DNA from: a virus
Taxonomy: Duplodnaviria > Caudoviricetes
Reading direction: 5' to 3' (one strand)
Length of the DNA: 29,902 nucleotides
IMG/VR virus record: IMGVR_UViG_3300032326_001477
Location: 1 to 29,902 of that record
In this document: piece after piece, positions 17,819 to 26,061 of the stretch
Numbering within the stretch: position 1 is the first letter of the stretch
Layout: each line of letters starts with the position of its first letter
The notes under the pieces: generated by a model
The model's database searches: none
Told to the model about the DNA's origin: nothing
What the model saw: the letters and a program-made list of their open reading frames with translations, nothing else
Position numbers and translations under genes: made by a program

Positions 17819-17850
17819 AAGGGGGACATTTCTATCCCCCTTTTTTTATT
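17819..17850. terminator. Hairpin terminator after the tail sheath gene (possibly bidirectional)
   Basis: AAGGGGGA-CATTTCTA-TCCCCCTT stem; T7 tract on the + strand and a weaker TTATTAT tail on the - strand. Confidence 0.75.
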
Positions 17851-17855
17851 TTGTA

Positions 17856-20800
17856 TTATACATCATCAAATGATGCACCTGTTGGTGTAATTACAAACTC
17901 GATGTCGATGTATTCTAATGCTCTTGTTGGTTTTAAGAATATCTTACCAGTTAAAGTATTAGAATCCAAATCTTCAGGAGTATTTGAGACAGTCACTCTA
18001 AAGTCAATTAAACCTCGGTCTCTTCTAATTTGGTCTAAGATTGGGTTAACTGAATCTAAAAAGTCTTGTCTTACTTTATCATCATTTTGTTCAAACAATA
18101 ATCTGATTGCTACCGCTGAAATTAATTTTCTCGCTTGTAGTAATAATCTTCTTACGTTGATTCTGTCAAGTGCAGACTCTCTAATTTGTAACGTTTTATT
18201 ACCCCAAATAACAGTACCAACATCAGAGAACGTAGCGATTGGATTTATTCTACCTTTGTATAAAGTATCTCTATCCTCTTGAGTTAATTTTCTTCTTGCT
18301 TTAATTGAATTAACTAAACCTCTTGTGTAACCCGCAGATGCGAACCAAGGGAATGCAATGTTATCAGTTAAAGCCAAGTTTCTTACTACCTCAGCAGTTG
18401 GTGGTAAATAAATTTGTGTATTATTTACTGTGTCTCTTGTTAATACCCATGGGTAATAAGTTGCAGTGTAATTTGAATCAATCCCTGTCTCTTCTAAATT
18501 ATCTACTGCCTCTTGAGGGTAGATAAGTCCTTCAGATACATCGTTCCATGTTGGTAGGAACATGTTGAAATCAGGAGTAGTACAAATGTAAATTGAGTCG
18601 GCTCTATCTGATTCTATCAAATCAATTGCGTCTTCAACTAAATTAGAGTTATTTACGTAATCAATACCAGGTGTTGTAAATACGTTGATATTAACCGCTT
18701 CTGGATTGTTGAATGTAGTTTGACCCCATTTGTAAGCGTAGTAGTCAGTGTTAGCCCAAGTCTCTTGGTTTGGACCTGAAATTTGCTTGAACGCTCCCCA
18801 TCCTGTAGCCGTAGGGTATGTTGCTGACGGTGCAGCTCCGTATTTATAACCTGTCTGTCCTAATGCGAATGTGTCTGAATTTGTTCTATATTCTCTGTAA
18901 ATATCCCATCCGTCGAATCCACCTGCAGGGTATAAAGTAAATTTACGAGTATTCAAACGGTAGTATGGATTATCTGCATCCGTAGGTTCCGAGTTAAAAG
19001 ACCCAACACCCACTTCAAATGCTGACTGACCCGAAGTTGAATATCCTGCAGCTATAGTTACTATGGTTGCCCCACTATCCATGTGGAAACCTTTTACTTG
19101 GTAATTCCAAACAGGACCAGTTGTATCAGTCTGTATGTTTGCCGGTTGTTGTTTACCTTTATAATCGAAGAAATCATAATCGACACCGGTAATGTTTGAA
19201 ATCCCTAAGTATGCCTTTCTTGGATTTTCACCGTTAGAAATAACAGAATTATCCCCTCCTGATGTGGAACCAAATGGTGGGTTGTAAATTACTTCACCTG
19301 GTTTTAAATATTTTGTTTTATAAACAATGAACGGTGGTGTTGCATCATCATATAGTCTCATAGTATAACCTTCAAAACCACAAGGTAGTGCATCTTCAGG
19401 TGCTTCATCACCCATCTCTAACATTATATATTTAGAGTTTAAGTTATACTCACCATTAGCAGTACCAATTTTGTTAGCTATAAAGTTATTTTGTGTTGGG
19501 TCTAATGAACAGTTTGTGAAACTTTCAATTACTCTCACATTTTGGTCGTTATCGTAAAAATCTCGTACAAAGACATCAAATGTTCTATTATTAAATGACA
19601 TGTTTGCTAATGAAATTTTTACTAATCGGTTAGCGGCATTACCATCGGAAATTAATTTAAATTTGAATAATTTATAAACTTTATTCCCTCTTAATTCTGA
19701 AACAACATAAGGCGTTTCAGGTGTTTGGTATTGTTCTAAATAGAATCCAATAGAATTAGTGTCCAATGATCTAGCACTATCAAGTTCAACTAAATTACAA
19801 TTTAATCCTCTGACATAACCTTGTCTATAACCATTTAAAAGAAGACTACTATAAACCTCCTCAACAAATAAAGGCACTTCCGTTCTATCTTTACCAAAAT
19901 TACTTCTACCAAATACTTTTGATATGTATTCAGAATCTGACGTCAGCATTGATGTTTCAAAACTAAATGTGTCGGCATCTTTTGTTGTACCGGTAATTAA
20001 GAATGTTGCGTATGGATCTGTTGACACACCTGAGTATGCGCCCGTACAAACCATACTCACATCTGTTGTGCCCGTTACTTGATAAAGTGGTCCGTTTTGT
20101 GATGAAGAATAATTGGTAATACCTCGTGATCTTAATGTTGTAACTACAACATTATCCCATGTTGTGTTTGCTGTTGCCACATAGTTACTATAGAAAACAG
20201 AAACAGTACCTGAATATGTTCCTGCCGTTGCACCTGTAGTGATAGTGGCCATTGCCGCACCAAAACCATAACCCGCATAAGTTCCTGTCGGTGATGCTGG
20301 TGTATAATCAAATAATGCATAGTACCAAGCATCATTTGTAGACGCCGAAACATTTGTAGAAGTAAACAATATACTTGGAACTCCGAAAGTTTCGGTAGAT
20401 GCTGAGATCGTACCCGAACCGTTTAATGTAACGCCTGTTACTGAGTTAGCTGTTGATTGACTAACTGAACCCCAAAATTGAGCTGATGTTCCTGTAAGTG
20501 GTGATGATGCTACATAGTATCCGAGTTGAGTTGATATGTATGATTGGAAGTCAGCGTTTAAAGATGAAGTACCGCCATCATATTGTGTATAAGTGCTATA
20601 AAAATCTGAAGTTAAACCAGCGGGTACTGATGTAATTGTAATATTAGAACTTGAACCTGTCGTACCGGTAAATTGGATTGTTTGAGGACCTGTACTTGTA
20701 GTTGCCGATAGGGTTGCGGGATTTAAATTACCTATAGTGGTAATTGACCACGAAGGTCCTGCATCATACCCTGACAAACCTAAAACTCTTGTAACAAACA

Positions 20801-21071
20801 ACTGATTTGATTGTTGTAAGTAAGATTTTGCAATATATGATGTTTCATATTTAGGAATCTGTGTGTTAACAAATTTCTCAGGAGAAGTACCACCAAAATA
20901 TACTTGGTACTCATCAAAATTTGTTATAAAAATTGGTTCGAAAGCGGGACCTTGTAAGGTCTCACCAACTAAACCAAGAGTTGTTACACCCACACTTTGT
21001 GCAACAAATGTTAAATCTCTTTCAGATGTATACACACCAGGAGACACAAATACTTTTGTTGATGAAGCCAT
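17856..21071 (-). CDS. Tail sheath protein (gp18-like)
   Basis: 1071 aa; N-terminal FVSPGVYTSERDL...GLVGETLQGPAFEP and C-terminal YTATYYPWV...PWFASAGYTRG...LYKGRINPI...WGNKTLQ...LDRINVRRLL...PTRALEYIDIEF are diagnostic. Confidence 0.95.
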   Translation of the reverse strand: MASSTKVFVSPGVYTSERDLTFVAQSVGVTTLGLVGETLQGPAFEPIFITNFDEYQVYFGGTSPEKFVNTQIPKYETSYIAKSYLQQSNQLFVTRVLGLSGYDAGPSWSITTIGNLNPATLSATTSTGPQTIQFTGTTGSSSNITITSVPAGLTSDFYSTYTQYDGGTSSLNADFQSYISTQLGYYVASSPLTGTSAQFWGSVSQSTANSVTGVTLNGSGTISASTETFGVPSILFTSTNVSASTNDAWYYALFDYTPASPTGTYAGYGFGAAMATITTGATAGTYSGTVSVFYSNYVATANTTWDNVVVTTLRSRGITNYSSSQNGPLYQVTGTTDVSMVCTGAYSGVSTDPYATFLITGTTKDADTFSFETSMLTSDSEYISKVFGRSNFGKDRTEVPLFVEEVYSSLLLNGYRQGYVRGLNCNLVELDSARSLDTNSIGFYLEQYQTPETPYVVSELRGNKVYKLFKFKLISDGNAANRLVKISLANMSFNNRTFDVFVRDFYDNDQNVRVIESFTNCSLDPTQNNFIANKIGTANGEYNLNSKYIMLEMGDEAPEDALPCGFEGYTMRLYDDATPPFIVYKTKYLKPGEVIYNPPFGSTSGGDNSVISNGENPRKAYLGISNITGVDYDFFDYKGKQQPANIQTDTTGPVWNYQVKGFHMDSGATIVTIAAGYSTSGQSAFEVGVGSFNSEPTDADNPYYRLNTRKFTLYPAGGFDGWDIYREYRTNSDTFALGQTGYKYGAAPSATYPTATGWGAFKQISGPNQETWANTDYYAYKWGQTTFNNPEAVNINVFTTPGIDYVNNSNLVEDAIDLIESDRADSIYICTTPDFNMFLPTWNDVSEGLIYPQEAVDNLEETGIDSNYTATYYPWVLTRDTVNNTQIYLPPTAEVVRNLALTDNIAFPWFASAGYTRGLVNSIKARRKLTQEDRDTLYKGRINPIATFSDVGTVIWGNKTLQIRESALDRINVRRLLLQARKLISAVAIRLLFEQNDDKVRQDFLDSVNPILDQIRRDRGLIDFRVTVSNTPEDLDSNTLTGKIFLKPTRALEYIDIEFVITPTGASFDDV

Positions 21072-21102
21072 TTTTAGTTATTAATAAATGATTTATTTTA
21101 TC

Positions 21103-21110
21103 TATAAATA
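21103..21110 (-). promoter_or_regulatory. TATTTATA upstream motif
   Basis: 31 nt upstream of the sheath ATG. Confidence 0.6.
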
Positions 21111-21166
21111 CATCATCAAAAAGTAAAAATCTGACCCTTAAACTAATATTTTAAAGAGAGTATGTT

Positions 21167-21188
21167 TTTTTTCTGCCTTTTTTCTACC
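21167..21188 (+). repeat. 11-bp tandem direct repeat TTTTTTCT(G/A)CC x2 (candidate operator)
   Basis: TTTTTTCTGCC at 21167-21177 and TTTTTTCTACC at 21178-21188, in the divergent intergenic region. Confidence 0.45.
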
Positions 21189-21196
21189 CAAACAAA

Positions 21197-21204
21197 TATT
21201 TATT
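21197..21204 (+). promoter_or_regulatory. TATTTATT upstream motif
   Basis: 4 nt upstream of the ATG at 21209. Confidence 0.55.
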
Positions 21205-21208
21205 CTTA

Positions 21209-21358
21209 ATGAAAAAAATTAAAAATATTAAGATATCCATACAAAGTCATGAAACACTAAAAAAGTATTGTGATAAAAAAGGTTTGAAAATATATAAGTT
21301 TTTAGAAAACTTAATAATGGAAAACTGTAAAGAGGTAAAAGATATCTATGGTGAATAA
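21209..21358 (+). CDS. Small ribbon-helix-helix-like DNA-binding protein (49 aa)
   Basis: MKKIKNIKISIQSHETLKKYCDKKGLKIYKFLENLIMENCKEVKDIYGE*: alternating beta-strand (KNIKIS), helix, G turn, helix. Fills the intergenic gap and has its own upstream motif. Not in the ORF track. Confidence 0.65.
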   Translation: MKKIKNIKISIQSHETLKKYCDKKGLKIYKFLENLIMENCKEVKDIYGE

Positions 21359-22600
21359 TTACACTAATGTTACGTTTGTATAAAGAGTGGCAGATTCGGA
21401 TAGATTTATTTTGTTAACTTGTATGTTTAAAGTATCTCCGTCATTTACCTGAATCGTCTCGATGTCATCACCCAAATAGTACGTTACGTTATTTCTTGTT
21501 ATGTAAACAGAATAACCTGGTGTACATGAAGAACCATAATTTAATGTTCCTCCTGTGGTATTTGTTAATGTTGGTGTTGACCCACCTAACGCACATACAT
21601 TACCATTACTACCAGGAGATAAAGAAACAGTAGTACTCGTCCCATTACAATTGGTATAGTTTAGTGTATTATTAGTTGTTGAACTGTAAGTTAAGTCATA
21701 ACAGTTTTCAACATTAGAGGTTCTTAAAATTTTGATGTTTGCATTATATCTAAAAACTTCAGTCAACGAGGTATTACCTGCAACAAATAAAAAATCTAAC
21801 GTAAAATCAGTTGGATTTGGCGGTTCAATCACAGCCTTTTTAGTTTTTCTTCTTGTGTCAAACTCAAACAAAGTTAATTGTCTAGAAATTGCAGGTGTCA
21901 CTTCAAATTCTTCTTCATCAATTAAAAGACCCAACATTACAATTTTATATGTTGAAACATAATATTTTCTTTTTTCTAAATCTTTTACAGACTCGTCACT
22001 AACGTCCTCTAATTTTAAAGGGATAAAGTGACCTTTTATTTGGGTGTATGCCTGTTTAGAAGTAAATGTTCTCATCATTATTTTGTTGAAATCATTAACT
22101 TCTCTCATTCTATTACAAAATATTCTCACATTGTATGTGATGTCTACAGGTATTGGTTGAGGTATTTTATATACATCTGCACCCTTTCTTTGACCGTCCC
22201 AAGTTGGGACACTATAATAAAAAAATTGTCTCCTTTCAGGAATGTTAGCTCTTCCTGCATTATTTGTTCCGTATTTTACTTCAGGCATTCTAACAGTTGA
22301 AATAAATGGTAATGTAATATTACTATCTAAATCTTTAAAGTCCCATGTTTCGGTAAACTGTATCCAACTTTGATTAGTAATAATTCTATCAATTGTTGGT
22401 ACTTTTTTTTCATCTACGGATAGTTCTAATTGATTTTTCACAAAATCTAACATTCCCCTATCTAAATCTGAGTGTAGAACTCCTTTTGGTAAAAAGGTAC
22501 CTTTATCGGTAATTTCATCCAAAAGTTCCTGCCTTCTTTCTTTTCCTACTTTTTCAGGAACTAAAGGTAATTTTTTAATAAATTGCTTTGGTAATGCCAT
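21359..22600 (-). CDS. Tail terminator / tail-completion protein (gp15-like, putative) with C-terminal extension
   Basis: 413 aa between neck gene and sheath; ITLPFISTVR...IPQPIPVDITYNVRIFC pattern of tail-completion proteins. Confidence 0.55.
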   Translation of the reverse strand: MALPKQFIKKLPLVPEKVGKERRQELLDEITDKGTFLPKGVLHSDLDRGMLDFVKNQLELSVDEKKVPTIDRIITNQSWIQFTETWDFKDLDSNITLPFISTVRMPEVKYGTNNAGRANIPERRQFFYYSVPTWDGQRKGADVYKIPQPIPVDITYNVRIFCNRMREVNDFNKIMMRTFTSKQAYTQIKGHFIPLKLEDVSDESVKDLEKRKYYVSTYKIVMLGLLIDEEEFEVTPAISRQLTLFEFDTRRKTKKAVIEPPNPTDFTLDFLFVAGNTSLTEVFRYNANIKILRTSNVENCYDLTYSSTTNNTLNYTNCNGTSTTVSLSPGSNGNVCALGGSTPTLTNTTGGTLNYGSSCTPGYSVYITRNNVTYYLGDDIETIQVNDGDTLNIQVNKINLSESATLYTNVTLV

Positions 22601-22602
22601 TT

Positions 22603-23118
22603 TTATATACCTCTAAATTCGTTATCGGTTACAGGTGCCGCTTTTATTGTCCTGTAAAAAGGTTTATATCCACCGTAAGAATGTTTTAAATCTGAAACTA
22701 CCCTTCCATCGTCAACCACACTATAGTATCTTACTCTATTTTCTGTTTCATAATAACCTATATAATCACCCAAAGATATTTCTATACCTAATTCAACAAG
22801 TGTTTTTTGATAAACACTCACTGTCAAATTACCCGGTTCGGATTGATAAAGTTTTGAAGACCCTAAATCGGTATTTGTTGGTGTGTCAATTTTTACATAA
22901 CCTTTAAATTCTACAGGTGGTAGAAACTGTATGGTATCTGAAATGGCTTCACCATAAACATCGTCAGTATCGGTCCTTTGTCTGTCAACTCTATATAAGA
23001 CCAATGAAAAATTCATATCACCAAGTAACCATTCTTCACCCATAGAAAGGTCTAAGTCAAAGTCTTGTTCAGAAAAAAACTTATTTAGTCTGGTTATTGG
23101 AACTCTATTATCTGCCAT
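22603..23118 (-). CDS. Neck / head-closure protein (gp14-like, putative)
   Basis: 171 aa; VLYRVDRQRTDTDDVYGEA...FLPPVEFKGYV...ISLGDYI resembles head-closure proteins; first gene of the tail module. Confidence 0.55.
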   Translation of the reverse strand: MADNRVPITRLNKFFSEQDFDLDLSMGEEWLLGDMNFSLVLYRVDRQRTDTDDVYGEAISDTIQFLPPVEFKGYVKIDTPTNTDLGSSKLYQSEPGNLTVSVYQKTLVELGIEISLGDYIGYYETENRVRYYSVVDDGRVVSDLKHSYGGYKPFYRTIKAAPVTDNEFRGI

Positions 23119-23121
23119 ACC

Positions 23122-23129
23122 TATAAATA
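23122..23129 (-). promoter_or_regulatory. TATTTATA upstream motif
   Basis: Only 3 nt (GGT) upstream of the ATG at 23118. Confidence 0.6.
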
Positions 23130-23135
23130 CTTTGA

Positions 23136-23163
23136 TTGATTTTTTATGGTTGTTTATTATATT
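23136..23163 (+). promoter_or_regulatory. Sigma70-like promoter candidate TTGATT-N16-TATATT
   Basis: 10 nt upstream of the helicase ATG, back-to-back with the TATTTATA motif of the divergent neck gene. Confidence 0.4.
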
Positions 23164-23173
23164 TTAATATATA

Positions 23174-24937
23174 ATGGAAGATTTTGTGCATAAAACACCC
23201 GAATCAAAAGCCCTTTTAATATTAGACGATTATGAAGGGTCAAATAATTACATCCTTAATTTAAAACACAAAAAACAAAATAGTAAGTCTTTTGTTCCTA
23301 CGAGACCTCAGGCGGATTACATCAATAATTATCACACATTACAACCAAAAGTTGCAAAAAAATGGGTCAAGTTAGACTCTTATTTTGGTAAAAAACTAAT
23401 GGAAGATAAGATGTATACCAAAGAACCTTCAGAAATTTATGTCGAGAAGTTGTTGGTTGAAAAAGATAAAGCTTATCATATTTGGGGTAAAATATTTTCA
23501 GGAGAAACTCTACATGACTTTTGGATGCCAAAATCGGCATTATTAAAAGATAATGAAGTTAAAAATATTTCTATAGATTATGGTAAATACACCCATAGAC
23601 CACCTATGGAACACCAAAAAGAGGCAATTGAAAAACTTGTAAAAAATAAAAAGTTTATTTTGGCTGATGATATGGGTCTTGGTAAAACTACTTCAACAAT
23701 CATCGCAGCTTTAGAAACGGGAGCTAAAAAAGTTTTAATTGTGTGTCCTGCATCATTAAAAATAAATTGGCAAAGAGAGATTGCAAATTATTCAGATAGA
23801 ACCGTATATATTGCAGAAGGTAAGAAATTTTCAGATGAACATGATTTTGTTATTGTGAACTACGACATCTTAAAAAATTTCCACGACACTAAAGAAAAAG
23901 ATAAGTCTGAAATAATGAGGATTAATTTTGATTTGGTAATCATGGATGAAGCACATATGATTTCTAATCCGCAAGCACAAAGAACAAAAATCGCTAACGA
24001 CATCGCAAGTAAATCAAATAGAGTTTGGTTGTTATCGGGAACACCTATGACATCACGACCTATGAATTATTACAATTTATTAAATCTTGTTGATAGTCCA
24101 GTTGCTATGAATTGGATGGCTTATGCTAAAAGATATTGTAATGGATTTCAATTTAGTGTAGGTAAAAGAAAGGTGTGGAATGTTACAGGAGCATCCAATC
24201 TTGATGAATTAAGAGAAAGAACCTCAACACACATACTAAGAAGATTAAAAGAAGACGTTTTAGATTTACCTGAAAAAATTATCACACCTGTTTATTTAAG
24301 ACTCAAATCTAAAGATTACGAAGAATTAATGGGTGAGTATTTTAATTGGTATGACCAGAACCCTGAAGAGTCTTCTTCACTTACAATTCAGTTTTCAAAA
24401 TTAATGAAAGTAAGAAAAGTCATTGCTCAGGAAAAAATTAATAACACAATCGAGTTAGCGGAAAACATTATAGAACAAGGTAAAAAGGTTATTATATTCA
24501 CAAACTTTACCGATACACTCAATCAAATCTATAACCACTTTGGTAAATCTGCGGTTTATTTAGATGGTAGTTGTTCTAAGTTTCACAGACAAAATGCGGT
24601 CGATGAATTTCAAACAAACGATAAAATCAAAGTATTTGTTGGGAACTTGAAAGCTGCGGGTGTTGGGATTACTTTAACCTCAGCGGAAGCCGTAATCATG
24701 AATGATTTGTCTTTTGTACCCGCAGAACATTCACAAGCAGAAGACAGGTCACACCGTATCGGACAAAAAAATTCAACATCAGTGTATTACCCTCTATTTG
24801 AAAATAGTATTGAAGGTGCAATATATGATATCCTTAACAGAAAGAAAAAAATTATATCAACGGTAATGGGTGACGATACTTTTGACGAGGCGTCGGTAAT
24901 CGAAGAAATGTTAAATATGATTTCTAAAGGAAGGTGA
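23174..24937 (+). CDS. SNF2-family helicase/ATPase (SMARCAL1/HARP-like annealing helicase type)
   Basis: 587 aa; LADDMGLGKT (motif I), VCPASLKINW, MDEAH (II), LSGTPM (III), ILRRLKEDVL, AAGVGITLT (V), QAEDRSHRIGQ (VI). Confidence 0.92.
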   Translation: MEDFVHKTPESKALLILDDYEGSNNYILNLKHKKQNSKSFVPTRPQADYINNYHTLQPKVAKKWVKLDSYFGKKLMEDKMYTKEPSEIYVEKLLVEKDKAYHIWGKIFSGETLHDFWMPKSALLKDNEVKNISIDYGKYTHRPPMEHQKEAIEKLVKNKKFILADDMGLGKTTSTIIAALETGAKKVLIVCPASLKINWQREIANYSDRTVYIAEGKKFSDEHDFVIVNYDILKNFHDTKEKDKSEIMRINFDLVIMDEAHMISNPQAQRTKIANDIASKSNRVWLLSGTPMTSRPMNYYNLLNLVDSPVAMNWMAYAKRYCNGFQFSVGKRKVWNVTGASNLDELRERTSTHILRRLKEDVLDLPEKIITPVYLRLKSKDYEELMGEYFNWYDQNPEESSSLTIQFSKLMKVRKVIAQEKINNTIELAENIIEQGKKVIIFTNFTDTLNQIYNHFGKSAVYLDGSCSKFHRQNAVDEFQTNDKIKVFVGNLKAAGVGITLTSAEAVIMNDLSFVPAEHSQAEDRSHRIGQKNSTSVYYPLFENSIEGAIYDILNRKKKIISTVMGDDTFDEASVIEEMLNMISKGR

Positions 24938-24945
24938 TATTTATA
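24938..24945 (+). promoter_or_regulatory. TATTTATA upstream motif
   Basis: Directly after the helicase TGA and 3 nt before ATG 24949; supports that ATG over the GTG at 24934. Confidence 0.6.
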
Positions 24946-24948
24946 CAT

Positions 24949-26034
24949 ATGAATGTAGAAATATCATATAAAGGAATTACACCTAAGACAGACCAAGAAC
25001 TTCTTATTAAAAGGTTTATAAATTTTTTAAAAAGAGAATACCCATTAAAGGGTGATGTTAGTATTGTCTTTACTAATAAAAGATATGGAACTATGTCAAC
25101 GGGGTCCAGAACCGACAAAAGCACTTTAAAGGTTTTAGTAAAAGATAGACTCAACAGAGATATATTAAGAACTTTATCCCATGAATGGCAACACGAATAT
25201 CAAAGAACTGTGTTGAACAGAAAAAAAGGAAAAGACATCGGAGGTAAAAATGAAGATGATGCTAATGCAGCCTCAGGTAAAGATGTAAAAAATTTTGAAA
25301 AAAATAACAAAAAGTTAGAAGATATCATATATACTAAATTTGAAAAAAAAATAAATGAGATTGAGACTAAATTAGATTTAATCTCTACGGTCAAACAAAA
25401 AATAATTAATGAAATCAAACATATTAGTGTTGATAAATTACCTTACCAATTCGATTCCTTAAATAAGTTTATTGATACTGAGACTATGAAAACTCATTAC
25501 AATAAACACTACAAGGGTTATGTTGAAAAATTAAATGCAGAGTTAGATAAAGTTTCAGGCAAAGATTTAGATTTAGAAGAAATAATAATAAAAATTTCTA
25601 AATTCAACACAAAGGTTCGTAATAATGGTGGTGGAGCTTTCAATCACGCATTATTTTGGAAAATGTTATCACCTAAAAAACAAGAAATTTCTGACCCAAT
25701 AAAAAGTAAAATTGATAAGCATTTCGGTTCATTTGAAAAGTTTAAAGAAAAATTTGAATCAGAAGCAAAAAACAGATTTGGTTCTGGTTGGGTTTGGTTA
25801 GTTTTAACTAAAACAAACGGATTAAAAATAACCACAACACCAAATCAAGACAACCCATTGATGGACATTGAAAAAAACGGAGGTTATCCCCTTTTAGGTT
25901 TAGATTTATGGGAACATGCATACTACCTGAAGTACAAAAATGAAAGAGATAAATACATCAATAATTTTTGGAAAGTAGTGAATTGGGGATTCGTCAATGA
26001 TTTGTATACCACACAAATAAAAAGAAAATCATAA
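24949..26034 (+). CDS. sod: Fe/Mn superoxide dismutase (Mn-type signature) with an N-terminal HExxH metallopeptidase-like domain
   Basis: C-terminal ~200 aa: LPY...HYNKHYKGY...NNGGGAFNH...FGSGWVWL...TPNQDNP...DLWEHAYY, with all four metal ligands present. N-terminal ~150 aa: RTLSHEWQHEYQ...NEDDANA. Confidence 0.9.
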   Translation: MNVEISYKGITPKTDQELLIKRFINFLKREYPLKGDVSIVFTNKRYGTMSTGSRTDKSTLKVLVKDRLNRDILRTLSHEWQHEYQRTVLNRKKGKDIGGKNEDDANAASGKDVKNFEKNNKKLEDIIYTKFEKKINEIETKLDLISTVKQKIINEIKHISVDKLPYQFDSLNKFIDTETMKTHYNKHYKGYVEKLNAELDKVSGKDLDLEEIIIKISKFNTKVRNNGGGAFNHALFWKMLSPKKQEISDPIKSKIDKHFGSFEKFKEKFESEAKNRFGSGWVWLVLTKTNGLKITTTPNQDNPLMDIEKNGGYPLLGLDLWEHAYYLKYKNERDKYINNFWKVVNWGFVNDLYTTQIKRKS

Positions 26035-26042
26035 TTGATTTT

Positions 26043-26061
26043 TATTTATAAGATATTTATA
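26043..26061 (+). promoter_or_regulatory. Tandem TATTTATA motifs
   Basis: Copies at 26043-26050 and 26054-26061; the second is 15 nt before the ATG at 26077. Confidence 0.6.

Noticed and set aside
17851-22907. ORFs 17851+, 18323+, 20144-, 20863+, 21732+, 22028+ and 22635+
   Set aside because: Lie within or almost entirely overlap well-supported structural genes; no independent signals.
413-23118. Bacterial extracellular contractile injection system or tailocin
   Set aside because: Neck/head-tail genes, PolB and helicase are linked and no cellular housekeeping context is present; a phage genome fits better.
24934-24948. GTG start for SOD given in the ORF track
   Set aside because: It spans the TATTTATA motif; ATG 24949 matches the spacing seen at 23118.
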